Assembly (NCBI GenBank): GCA_018394315.1
Contig: CP074575.1
Location: forward strand, 186,001 to 250,000
DNA from: Mycoplasmatota bacterium
GTDB lineage: Bacteria; Bacillota_I; Bacilli_A; MAG-NZ
Length of the DNA stretch: 64,000 bases
Direction: 5' to 3'
Every line of letters starts with the position of its first letter. The stretch's first letter is position 1. A program made the translations under genes and the position numbers. The notes beneath the pieces are model-generated. The model saw nothing but the letters and a program-made list of their open reading frames with translations. It had not been told where the DNA came from and ran no database searches. Of this stretch, positions 11,128-20,922 are shown one piece after another.

Positions 11128-12711
11128 TTATCCAAAAATCATTAAAGCAAATTCTGGATAGTCTACAAATGGATTTCTATTACCCTGATAATTAAAAATA
11201 ACTTCGTTTCTTTGTCTTTCAAAATCATCAACTGGATCAAGTAAATTCCACTCTAATAATAAACTAAGTTTCCCATGGAATGGACTCTTATCATCTTTAT
11301 CCATAATAACTTCATTTAGTTCTAAATCTAAATATTCATCAAATCCTTCATAGCGAACAGTCATATAAAATAACATTCTTGCAATGTCACCTTTTACCTC
11401 ATCACGAGGTTCAAAAGCCCAATAATCACATTTGTCATTACCATAGCCTACTTCTATATCACAAACATCAAACAACCTATTATTTCTTGTACTGTTCATT
11501 ATTTTATCTGCTGCACGTAAATGATGTAAATCTGTACCAGGGCCCATATCCGTACCAAAGTCCCCTCTTGACTTACTCCAGACATGCTCTCTATTCCATA
11601 CATCGTCGCATGTAGAATAAGCACCTTGATCTTGACATTCTTTAGAATAAGATAACCCGGTATAAAGCAGTAAAACATTATCTGGGTTATTAGGATCTTG
11701 ATCAGATTCTTTTAGTATATCCCATACTTCATCATACGTATATACTTTATGTTCATCAATAAGTTGATTTAATTCTTGTTTTAAATCGTCTCCAGTTAAT
11801 CCCTCTACGCTTTGATAATAAGATGTTAATACTAGATCAGTACTGTTAGGATCATATACTCTTATTGTTATACTTTTATTAGAAACATTTCCACTTTCAT
11901 CTTCAACTTCTAACTCGATTTCATATATACCAGCAGTATTTATGTCAACTAAGTCTATATTATTTATCATATCAAGCGTAATAGTTATCTCTCCATCAAT
12001 ATTATCAATAACACTAAAATACTCAATAAAGTCTGGCATTTCACTACCAATTTCTAGAACCTTAGACTTAGAATTAACAACACTAATTACTGGTTTGATA
12101 GTATCATTTCCACTTGTTGAATGATTTCCTAAATCGCTGAAATCATCTATACTTTTTACAGACCATTCATTTATATCGAAGTTACAATTAGGACCAATAA
12201 TATTATAATTCCTTACCAATGTACTATCCGCTACCCATGGATTTATTTGTCCACGTTCAGTAGTAGAACCAACAACATCTATCTCAATCCAGCTATCTTC
12301 AACCTTTTTCTCTAACGAAAACTCATCATCACCATTAGTTCTTAGGCCAAATTTTCGGATATAAGACTCACTCCCACTCAAATGTTCTGTTAAAGTGAAG
12401 TCAAAACTAGAATGTGTTAATAAATATACACTTCCCTTTGAAAGTTCACCTTCAAGTTCTAAATATACTGGATTATCATCCTCATTGAAATAAAATACTA
12501 AACGGTATTCACTTAAATCTGCAGTTCCTTCTCCTATGTTAGCTAATTCAATAGCTTTATTATTTGAACTTCCTTCTCCAAATTCACTGATAATCAATAA
12601 TGGATCATTCATTTCATTAACTACTTCAAAATCTAAATCAGGTATTATTCCCAAAAAATACAATATGGTTGCTACAATTGCAGTCCCCAAGAACATTAAT
12701 AACTTTTTCAT
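11128..12711 (-). CDS. Secreted/membrane-anchored nuclease: lamin-tail domain + Ig-like domain + endonuclease I (Bsn/EndA-like)
   Basis: N-terminal hydrophobic segment; LIISEFGEGSSNNKAIEL (LTD); DTIKPVI..DNIDG..DESGN (Ig-like); WNREHVWSKS, DLHHLRAAD, GDIARMLFYM, QGNRNPFVD. Confidence 0.9.
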   Translation of the reverse strand: MKKLLMFLGTAIVATILYFLGIIPDLDFEVVNEMNDPLLIISEFGEGSSNNKAIELANIGEGTADLSEYRLVFYFNEDDNPVYLELEGELSKGSVYLLTHSSFDFTLTEHLSGSESYIRKFGLRTNGDDEFSLEKKVEDSWIEIDVVGSTTERGQINPWVADSTLVRNYNIIGPNCNFDINEWSVKSIDDFSDLGNHSTSGNDTIKPVISVVNSKSKVLEIGSEMPDFIEYFSVIDNIDGEITITLDMINNIDLVDINTAGIYEIELEVEDESGNVSNKSITIRVYDPNSTDLVLTSYYQSVEGLTGDDLKQELNQLIDEHKVYTYDEVWDILKESDQDPNNPDNVLLLYTGLSYSKECQDQGAYSTCDDVWNREHVWSKSRGDFGTDMGPGTDLHHLRAADKIMNSTRNNRLFDVCDIEVGYGNDKCDYWAFEPRDEVKGDIARMLFYMTVRYEGFDEYLDLELNEVIMDKDDKSPFHGKLSLLLEWNLLDPVDDFERQRNEVIFNYQGNRNPFVDYPEFALMIFG

Positions 12712-12827
12712 AAAACCTACCCTTTCTATAGAACTATATCTAATTATATCATATTGTACTTACGTAAAAAGTGAATCACTTTTAACATAAATATTATTTT
12801 AACATTACTATATTAACAATATCCTTT

Positions 12828-13763
12828 TTATATATCAAATCTTATTTGATTATCCCTTTTGGCTTCTCTATGAGTAATCTTTTCATCTCCTCGGAGATTT
12901 CCTAATAGAATTTTAGAATTAACATCGTGTAACTCTATATTTTTCTTAATCACATTCTCACTAAAATTTGCGTAACAATATTTACACATATGTAAGCAAG
13001 TATTATATACTCCAATATCTACGCTTCTGATGCAACCACATTCATCTCTTTGATTTTGGTCATTGGAATAGTTAATATCTGTATCTATGATTTGAGAAAT
13101 TAACTCAACATCTATACACTTTGACTTATGAATATTAAATTCGTCAAGATCGATACTCTCAGAGCAAGTCTCAATTCTTAAGTTATACCTTTTTGCGATA
13201 GCGCTCATACTCTTAGCGAGCTCAAGTTTAGCAGAATCATCTAATTCACGAAGATTTAACCCCTTAGAGTTTCTCTTTGTTTTCTTATATATATCAATAA
13301 AACTAATAACAACTCTTTCAGTGTAATCGCATAGTTCTGATGTAAGTCTTTCAAACCACTTTAAATGGTATTCTATAGTGTAATACTCATTTAACAATAT
13401 CGGATCATATCTCCATATAACTTTTTCCTTACCAATTCTTTTTGAGAGTTCTTTGAACGTATTAATAACTTCTCTTTTGTCAGGGACTAAGGGCTCGACG
13501 TCTTTAGAATAAGAGTTAAGTGTAAATTGAAAATAATAGTTGTATCCGTTTAATTCATCAAGCCGTTCTATAAACTTCTTGGGATTTTTAGTCCAAAATA
13601 TAAAACAATCAACATCGTTTTTCTTTAAAGATATTCTTGATACTTGTTTTCTGTTAAAAGGATTAACACTCAATACTTCTTCAGACTTTAATCTATTATA
13701 AAACCACTCGCTATAAAATGCTGGTACATCTGTTCTTCTTGATACTGAAACTATCATCATCAA
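12828..13763 (-). CDS. DUF1848 domain protein (C-terminal CX3CX2C)
   Basis: IVSVSRRTDVPAFYSEWF, FWTKNP, WRYDPI, ECGCIRSVDIGVYNTCLHMCKYCYAN. Confidence 0.9.
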   Translation of the reverse strand: MMMIVSVSRRTDVPAFYSEWFYNRLKSEEVLSVNPFNRKQVSRISLKKNDVDCFIFWTKNPKKFIERLDELNGYNYYFQFTLNSYSKDVEPLVPDKREVINTFKELSKRIGKEKVIWRYDPILLNEYYTIEYHLKWFERLTSELCDYTERVVISFIDIYKKTKRNSKGLNLRELDDSAKLELAKSMSAIAKRYNLRIETCSESIDLDEFNIHKSKCIDVELISQIIDTDINYSNDQNQRDECGCIRSVDIGVYNTCLHMCKYCYANFSENVIKKNIELHDVNSKILLGNLRGDEKITHREAKRDNQIRFDI

Positions 13764-13842
13764 ACCTCCTACTCATATTCTTAACCCATTATAATCTAAA
13801 TCTTATGTACATACCAAACACATTCCTATAAACTGATACAAT

Positions 13843-13870
13843 AAAAACACTAGGTATATTCACCTAGTGT
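13843..13870 (-). terminator. Terminator after the serpin gene
   Basis: ACACTAGGT-atattc-ACCTAGTGT with a T-run on the minus strand. Confidence 0.7.
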
Positions 13871-13896
13871 CTATTAAATATGATTCCCAAAATTAA

Positions 13897-15105
13897 TCAC
13901 TTTACCTTTTTTCCAATAAATAATATATTACCTTCGTCATCTCCTATTATAAATATGAAGGGTTTATCGGCGATAAACTCGCGCTTTACTTTTTCGCATT
14001 CTAGTTCTACTTCAACACCTGTAGCTCCAGCTGCTTCAGTCCCCTTTTCAGTAACCTCAACTACTGCTTTGTGGATTACCTTTTTTATAAATAATAAATC
14101 TCCCATCCCTTCACCCAAATTAGGAAATTCCGCTAATGTTCTATCAAATGCAATTTGCATTCCTAGGTTTTCCAAAGCCGAATTCAATTCTTTTATTCCG
14201 TATTCTATTTTGAACTTTGGTAATTCTAGAATTATTTCAAATTTGGAAGACATACTATCTCTTACTTCAGTCCATCTTTCCTCATTCATTAAAGAAATAA
14301 CTGAGTTAATTTCATTATTACCTTTTGGTAAAATACAGTACATACTAACTTCTCCATCACCATAAGGTAATTTTATAGCCTTAATCTCTTCATCTTCATA
14401 ATAACTAAAATTTTCACTGCTATTTCTCATCATTTCAACTTCTATAACATTACCATTTACCGTATTAAAATCCTTTACTCTTGTAAAGTTAGGATCAAAT
14501 TCATTTTGCCAAGTGCCGTTAAAGTAAATTGCATTTAGTAAGTATAGTGCTGCAAGAGGATTAACTTCCTCGATTATTTCGTCAATTTTCTTAGAGGTTT
14601 TTTTACTTACCCACTTATTTATTACTTCAAGTGATTTCTCATCATCGAAATCCAGGTCAGATACACTTGCATCATAGTTATATCTACTATCAATTCTAAA
14701 TTGTTCATTCAGTGTAAATTTATCATTTACCCATAAAGAGTTTGCGATTTTAATTTCGACTCCTTCATCTCGGTTAGTTAACGAATAATTTAAATAAGCA
14801 AATCCATTATTAATGTCAACAGTACTTACTTCTGAAAGCTTTAAAGTTTCTTCCATCGCGGTTTTCGTATCTCCTGCCGCTCCGTTTAAAGTCATTGCTA
14901 GAGCGCTTGAAATACTGTATGGAGATATAAATATATTTTCGTTATAATCTTCATTATTTAACTCCCTAAAGATATCAAACGCAAAATTAGAATTCCCCTT
15001 AGTTACTTCTAGATTTTTTACACCTTCGTTCAATGAGAATTTTTCACAAGCTACTAATGTTACACTAAATGCCACTAGAAAAAATATAGCTAAAATCTTA
15101 TTCAT
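13897..15105 (-). CDS. Serpin family protease inhibitor, predicted lipoprotein
   Basis: Lipobox LVAC; NIFISPYSISSALAMTLNGA, NAIYFNGTW, hinge EKGTEAAGAT, FIADKPFIFII; start ATG 15105 after GAGGGGG. Confidence 0.93.
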   Translation of the reverse strand: MNKILAIFFLVAFSVTLVACEKFSLNEGVKNLEVTKGNSNFAFDIFRELNNEDYNENIFISPYSISSALAMTLNGAAGDTKTAMEETLKLSEVSTVDINNGFAYLNYSLTNRDEGVEIKIANSLWVNDKFTLNEQFRIDSRYNYDASVSDLDFDDEKSLEVINKWVSKKTSKKIDEIIEEVNPLAALYLLNAIYFNGTWQNEFDPNFTRVKDFNTVNGNVIEVEMMRNSSENFSYYEDEEIKAIKLPYGDGEVSMYCILPKGNNEINSVISLMNEERWTEVRDSMSSKFEIILELPKFKIEYGIKELNSALENLGMQIAFDRTLAEFPNLGEGMGDLLFIKKVIHKAVVEVTEKGTEAAGATGVEVELECEKVKREFIADKPFIFIIGDDEGNILFIGKKVK

Positions 15106-15431
15106 TTTATCCCCCCTCAACTTAATTTTTCATTTCAAATAAATTTTATCATTTATACAATAATAATTCCATCGCAGTTAGTGGATGTTTACTAATAATA
15201 CTTAAGATTTTTGTCGGAAATTGTCCGTTCTTGCTGTAGAGATAACATGAATACTACCACATATTTTATTTTAGCCTATATTGTATGGTATACTATTAAT
15301 AGAGTTTGAGAGGAACAACAATTCTACGAGGGTGAAATTCTTCATCATCCCCAGTATTTGAACTTGGTCTATCTGCAGAAAATGGGTTAATTCAAGAATA
15401 AATATTATACATAATTATAAGAGGTGAGATT

Positions 15432-15821
15432 ATGAATAGATTTAAAAGGAAAACAGCAATTATTTTAATGGTTATCTTATTATTACTTACCGGTTGTTCT
15501 GGTGGGAGTTATAAGATAACAATAGGTGAGATTGATTTTAACAAAGATGGTGTATCAGGAGCTTATAAGGAGTTTAATGGTTACCAGTTTACATCCATTA
15601 AATTAGAAGAAGGTGACACTATTAGTTTTAACCTAGAAGTAACGACTGAAGAAGGTAACTTCACAGTAAAAATTCTAGATAGCGAGGGTGATATCATTCT
15701 TTCTATTAACAGTGATGAACATAGTAAAGATCTCTTAATTGAGCATACGGGGACATATAGAATTCAAGTTGAGGGAGATAAACATGAAGGGGAATTTGAT
15801 TTAGTTTGGTACGTTAACTAG
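15432..15821 (+). CDS. Hypothetical lipoprotein (beta-rich)
   Basis: RBS GAGGTG; signal peptide with lipobox LTGC. Confidence 0.75.
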   Translation: MNRFKRKTAIILMVILLLLTGCSGGSYKITIGEIDFNKDGVSGAYKEFNGYQFTSIKLEEGDTISFNLEVTTEEGNFTVKILDSEGDIILSINSDEHSKDLLIEHTGTYRIQVEGDKHEGEFDLVWYVN

Positions 15822-16255
15822 TTTATGTAAGGTGAACGTCATACTGAACAATCTGTAGTAGATAAAAAATATTATAATATTAAAAAATGAGACTTAGACC
15901 GAAAGTAATTATCTAGGTCTTTTTTTTAATGAATATCTCTAAAGTAAGTTCATAAAAATAATCCTTAATTAATGTCTCAATTTTAGCAACTCACTCGATC
16001 TCTGAAGATATCTAGATATTATTTCAGTTATTAAGACTATAAGAGATTATTATTAATTCAAAAAAGAGCAGCAATAAGAGATTCTACTCCTATTACCACT
16101 GATACTAAAAAAACTATTTATTCACTACGGGGGAGAATTTTCAACAGTGGTTTGTGATAGAAACTAACTATACTAGTGTCTACGAAGAAACAATAATCCA
16201 AAGACACAAATAAAAAAAGACCAAGCTTTCTGCTTGCCCGGTCCTAGGCTTAATA

Positions 16256-16984
16256 TTACATTTTACTTCTATTAACAGTAAAATCAAAGTATTCTGGTAA
16301 CATAGAGTGTCTATTGACTGCCATCACATTCCCTTGAGCGTCATAAATTGTTTCCTCAAACATGACTACTTTTGTATTTAGCGGAACATCTAGAATATCC
16401 TTTAAAAACTCACCCGCCTCTGAGAAAACAATCCTAGCAGTAGACTTAGCAGAATACTTCAGTAACTCGTTATCAACAAACTGAGAAATCTGATCTTTAT
16501 CATTTATTTCAACACTAAAATCGGACAAAACGGTGTTTGGAACTACATATAAAGAATAACAACATACATTATCTCTTATACTATATTCCTTATGGCAAAT
16601 CATAACAATACTACTATTATCTATTTGAAGTGCATCTTTTAAATATTTACCTGGTGCTTCGTATAAAACATTTATCAAGTTCTCTTCTAGCTCCTCTTTA
16701 CTAAAAGAGTATGGAATTGGCACTAGTTTTTCCAATCCGCTTGCCAGTCTTTTCGTAGCATTAGAGACAAAATTTCCTTTACCTTGTTTGTTATATATAA
16801 TACCATTTTCTTGTAGAATCAGTAAAGCTTGTCTTAAAGTGCCTCTACTTACATTAAATGATTTTGATAATGTAACCTCACCAGGTAGTTTATCCCCTGG
16901 TTTCATTTCTCCACTTAATATTGTTTCGTATATCTTCTCATATATATCTACATATAAAGGTTTTTTATTTATTTGAGCAGTCAC
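16256..16984 (-). CDS. GntR/HutC-family regulator with UTRA domain
   Basis: PLYVDIYEKI..PGDKLPGE..FNVSRGTLRQAL..QGKGNFV; 242 aa; last gene of the nucleoside operon. Confidence 0.9.
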   Translation of the reverse strand: MTAQINKKPLYVDIYEKIYETILSGEMKPGDKLPGEVTLSKSFNVSRGTLRQALLILQENGIIYNKQGKGNFVSNATKRLASGLEKLVPIPYSFSKEELEENLINVLYEAPGKYLKDALQIDNSSIVMICHKEYSIRDNVCCYSLYVVPNTVLSDFSVEINDKDQISQFVDNELLKYSAKSTARIVFSEAGEFLKDILDVPLNTKVVMFEETIYDAQGNVMAVNRHSMLPEYFDFTVNRSKM

Positions 16985-17023
16985 AGTAACACCCCTTTAA
17001 CAATTACCAGTATAGTAATTGTA

Positions 17024-18361
17024 TCATATTTTTTCACTAAAGTAACTTATACTACTTAGTATCCTCTTTGAAGATTTAGCGCACTCAGAATAAACTTTAT
17101 CTCTTGATAACTTAAGAGAGATTCTATCTTTGTAAATAAATTCACCATTTACAATAACATCTGAAACATCAGCTGAATTTGCAGAATATACGATTGCTGA
17201 GGTTACCATATTAAAACTCTCTAAATGTAGTGGGTTCATATTAGCTCTTGATGTATCAATAATAGTTAAATCTGCAAATTTTCCAACCTTAATACTTCCA
17301 ATTTTATCTTCCATGTACAAACACTTGGCAGCTTCAATAGTAATTAACTTTAATGCATCATATGCACTTAATAAAGTAGGATCATTATATTTCATTTTTT
17401 GAATCAATATCCCAGTTTTCAAGTCAGAGAGTATATCGAAACTATTGTTTGATTGCACTCCATCAAGCGCTAATGAAATATCAATATCCGAATCTTTTAG
17501 TTCTTTATAATTCAAATATCCAGAGACAAGTTTCAGATTACTTACAGGATTATAACTAACCTTAACATTGTTATCTCTGTAAATTTTTCGATCTTCTTCA
17601 TCTATATGTATACTATGTGCTGCAAGCGTCTTACATTTTAATACCCCAAGCTTGTTTAAGTACTGAGTTGGACTCATTCCTGTATTTTTGAAACAGTCAT
17701 CGTTTTCATCTATTGTTTCGGATATATGAATGTGTACAATTAAATCATGTTCTAACGCTAAATCCCTTACATCTACTAACGTGTTTTTGTTGCAGCTATA
17801 AATGGCATGAGGCCCTATACAGGGATAAATTAGAGTTTCTTCACTCTTATTAATATGTTTTTCTATAAACTTTCTTGCTTCTTCAAAAGTGTTATCAGTT
17901 TCAGGACTCGGATTAGTAAAAACAGTTGGTGCAATGAAAGCCCTTAGTCCAGATTCGATTGCCGCATTAGCAATTGATTCACTATAATAAAACTGATCTG
18001 CATAGGTTGTAATACCAGCTTCAGTTAACTCAAGGCAACTTAACTTTGTTGCATTGTAAGCATCTTCTGCAGTAATAAATCTCTCTGCTGGCCACATATA
18101 ATTTTTGAGCCAATCCATTAAGTATAAGTCGTCTGCAATACCTCTAAACAGTGGGGAATGAGTGTGAGTATGTGTATTAATGAAACCAGGTAACACAATT
18201 TTCCCTGACATATCAAAAATTTCGCCTTTAGTATCAGATATATTTGTTTTAGAAATAGATTCTATTATATTATCTCTTATTATTATCATTCCATCAGGGA
18301 AAAACTTACTACTTTCTTCCATTGTAATAATAGTACAGTTGATTAAAGTTTTATAACTCAT
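17024..18361 (-). CDS. Amidohydrolase, MtaD/nucleoside deaminase-like
   Basis: PGFINTHTH, GPHAIYSC, HIHISET, AAHSIH, YNPVSNLKL, ALDGVQSNN. Confidence 0.85.
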   Translation of the reverse strand: MSYKTLINCTIITMEESSKFFPDGMIIIRDNIIESISKTNISDTKGEIFDMSGKIVLPGFINTHTHTHSPLFRGIADDLYLMDWLKNYMWPAERFITAEDAYNATKLSCLELTEAGITTYADQFYYSESIANAAIESGLRAFIAPTVFTNPSPETDNTFEEARKFIEKHINKSEETLIYPCIGPHAIYSCNKNTLVDVRDLALEHDLIVHIHISETIDENDDCFKNTGMSPTQYLNKLGVLKCKTLAAHSIHIDEEDRKIYRDNNVKVSYNPVSNLKLVSGYLNYKELKDSDIDISLALDGVQSNNSFDILSDLKTGILIQKMKYNDPTLLSAYDALKLITIEAAKCLYMEDKIGSIKVGKFADLTIIDTSRANMNPLHLESFNMVTSAIVYSANSADVSDVIVNGEFIYKDRISLKLSRDKVYSECAKSSKRILSSISYFSEKI

Positions 18362-18400
18362 TATTAGATCCTTTCTAATCTAAAATAGGTGTATATACAC

Positions 18401-19174
18401 CTATTCTTTTAACTGTTCTTGTCGATATATTGCCTCTAGTATTATTTGAATTTCTTTTTCCCATGCTTCGGCTAATTTTACATTCTTCTCTTGGTAAATT
18501 ACTTCACCAGTTTTCAGATTACCAGATACACCACAGATACAAGCAGCCTTAATACCTCTTACATGGGCTACAGTGAATATTGCTGATGCTTCCATTTCGA
18601 TGTTTGTAACCTTTAAATCTATAAGTTTTTGAATCCACTCTGGTGTTTCTCCATAAAAAGCATCATCAGTAGCGCTGATACCAGTAAATACATTGACGTC
18701 AGTCCCATTAGTTAATTCTTTCGCGACACTCTGAATCAGATTAGTGAACTGGAAATCTGGTATTGCGGGAAATTGATTTGGAACATAAAACTTTGAAGTT
18801 CCTTCATTTTTCATAGATGCTGATGAAATTATCAAATCTCCTATTTTTATTTCATCTTGTAGTGCTGCAGTACTTCCAATTCTAATCAACACCTTAGCGC
18901 CTATGTTTATTAATTCTTCAGATGCAATTGCTGCGGAAGGACAACCCATTCCCGTTGATGTAACACTAACTTTTACACCTTTATAATATCCCGTATAAGT
19001 TCTGTGCTCACGGTTATTAGCTACTAATTTAGCATCATCTAAGTATTTAGCAACAATGTCAGATCTAGCTGGATCTCCTGGTAATAATACATACTCGCCA
19101 ATGTCATTTGGCTTCATTGCGATATGATATTGTATCGCATTTTTTGTAACTTCTTCTTTATTTAATATAGACAT
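18401..19174 (-). CDS. Hexameric-type nucleoside phosphorylase (PNP/UDP family)
   Basis: LLPGDPAR, NREHRTYTG, STGMGCPSAAI, RIGST, EMEASA. Confidence 0.88.
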   Translation of the reverse strand: MSILNKEEVTKNAIQYHIAMKPNDIGEYVLLPGDPARSDIVAKYLDDAKLVANNREHRTYTGYYKGVKVSVTSTGMGCPSAAIASEELINIGAKVLIRIGSTAALQDEIKIGDLIISSASMKNEGTSKFYVPNQFPAIPDFQFTNLIQSVAKELTNGTDVNVFTGISATDDAFYGETPEWIQKLIDLKVTNIEMEASAIFTVAHVRGIKAACICGVSGNLKTGEVIYQEKNVKLAEAWEKEIQIILEAIYRQEQLKE

Positions 19175-19188
19175 TTTTCTTCCTCCAA

Positions 19189-19950
19189 CTAATTTTCTTT
19201 GTCTGCCATAATAATGTTTCTCATTCCTTGGATACCAACTTCAATTGCTCTTTTTTCAACATCAATTGGATATCCACTATTTCTATTTGTGGTACCAACA
19301 TCGGTTGCTGATACTAAAACCGTAGCTACCCTAACATTTAATGAAGCAGCAACTAAGAATAATGTCGCTGATTCCATAGACGTACTTTGAGCTCCACCCA
19401 TTAGGTATGAATTCCATCGATTTATTAAATCATAACCAATTGGTTTTGTTTCCGGTTCAGTTTGTGTATAAAATGAATCTTTAGTAATATTCACTCCGAT
19501 TTTAGGATCATACCCTAGTGATTTCGCACCACTTTCTAGGTGCTTAACCAACTCGTAAGTTGGGACTGCTGGAAACTCCATAGGAAGATAATGTGACCCT
19601 GTACCTTCCATTCTTACTACTCCATTTGGAATTACTACATCACCCTTTTCTACGAGAGTAGAAGTTGAAGCACATGTTCCAATACGAATGAATGTATCGA
19701 CTCCAATTTTTTTTAATTCTTCCATACATATTGCAGCTGATGGTCCACCGATACCAGTTGAAACAACTAGCACTTTTTCACCATCTAAGTAACCTTCATA
19801 TGATGTATATTCTCTATGTTGTGCAAGCAATTTATGATTATCAAGAAATTTCGCTATCCTAACACATCTATCAGGATTACCTGGTACGAAAGCATATTTT
19901 GCACTATCTTCTTCTGATAATGCGATGTGCATTTGTTTTTTGTTGTCCAT
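19189..19950 (-). CDS. udp: Uridine phosphorylase-like nucleoside phosphorylase
   Basis: VPGNPDRC, HREYTS, STGIGGPSAAICMEEL, RMEGTGSHYLPMEFPAVP, KDSFYTQ, SMESATL. Confidence 0.75.
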   Translation of the reverse strand: MDNKKQMHIALSEEDSAKYAFVPGNPDRCVRIAKFLDNHKLLAQHREYTSYEGYLDGEKVLVVSTGIGGPSAAICMEELKKIGVDTFIRIGTCASTSTLVEKGDVVIPNGVVRMEGTGSHYLPMEFPAVPTYELVKHLESGAKSLGYDPKIGVNITKDSFYTQTEPETKPIGYDLINRWNSYLMGGAQSTSMESATLFLVAASLNVRVATVLVSATDVGTTNRNSGYPIDVEKRAIEVGIQGMRNIIMADKEN

Positions 19951-19965
19951 AATTTACCTCTTCTC

Positions 19966-20922
19966 TTATCTTTTACTAACGTCATATGGTTCTCCTAATG
20001 CATCAGGAGCAGTAGATTCACTATTTGCTAACGTTAGAATTATCAGTGTTGCAATATAAGGAATCATTTTATAGAATTCAGATGGTATAAAGTGTATATT
20101 CGATAAAAAGCCTAATCCCGAATATGCAGAAGCAATTGTTTGCATTATTCCAAAGAATAGTGACGTGAAGATTATCCGCTTAATATCCCACTTACTAAAT
20201 ACCAGTACTGCAATGGCTAAGAAACCATACCCAGAAACATTGGCACTAAACTCCACTGATGTAGGAATAAAGAAAATAACTCCTCCTAATCCAGCAAAAG
20301 CACCTGATAATATGATACTTATATACCTTACTCTAGATACATTAACTCCTGCTACATCTAATGCTTGTGGAGATTCACCACTAGCCCTTAAACGTAACCC
20401 AAACCTTGTCTTAGTTATTACAAATAGACTCACTATGAATATCAGAATAGCAGCATAAGTAGTAATATACGCTCTTTCAAACAATATAGGACCTAATATT
20501 GGTATCTTACTTAATATAGGAACCGATTCGATGTAAAATCGATTTTTAAAGGGAATTAGTTCACTTGGTGTTAGTTCTTTAGCGATAAAAACTGCTAATG
20601 CTGGAGCTAAGATATTAAGTGCGGCTCCACTTATTGCTTGATTCGCTTTCATACTTACTGAAGCATATGCATGTAATAGTGACAGTCCAATTCCTCCCGC
20701 CATTGCGACAACCATAGCTAATATAAGTGCAACTTGACCATTAATCATTCCATCTGTCAAATATAAGAATAAGATTCCAGTAAAAGCACCGAATATCATT
20801 AAGCCCTCTAGTGCAATATTAACTACACCTGATTTTTCTGAGAATAATCCTCCAATTGCTACCACTAATAGTGGCATCGAGAAAAATAACATTTGTTGAA
20901 GTAGAAATAACAAATTACTCAC
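19966..20922 (-). CDS. Nucleoside ABC transporter permease (NupC/YufQ-like)
   Basis: SEKSGVVNIALEG, FGLRLRASGESP, GYGFLAIA, PDALGEPY; GTG start at 20922 after GGAGAGGAAG. Confidence 0.88.
   Translation of the reverse strand: MSNLLFLLQQMLFFSMPLLVVAIGGLFSEKSGVVNIALEGLMIFGAFTGILFLYLTDGMINGQVALILAMVVAMAGGIGLSLLHAYASVSMKANQAISGAALNILAPALAVFIAKELTPSELIPFKNRFYIESVPILSKIPILGPILFERAYITTYAAILIFIVSLFVITKTRFGLRLRASGESPQALDVAGVNVSRVRYISIILSGAFAGLGGVIFFIPTSVEFSANVSGYGFLAIAVLVFSKWDIKRIIFTSLFFGIMQTIASAYSGLGFLSNIHFIPSEFYKMIPYIATLIILTLANSESTAPDALGEPYDVSKR

Noticed and set aside
15300..15400. c-di-AMP (ydaO) riboswitch
   Set aside because: GAGGAAC...GGGTGAA resembles part of it, but the GCTGAA start and the CCCGAA/GCTAAC 3' elements are missing
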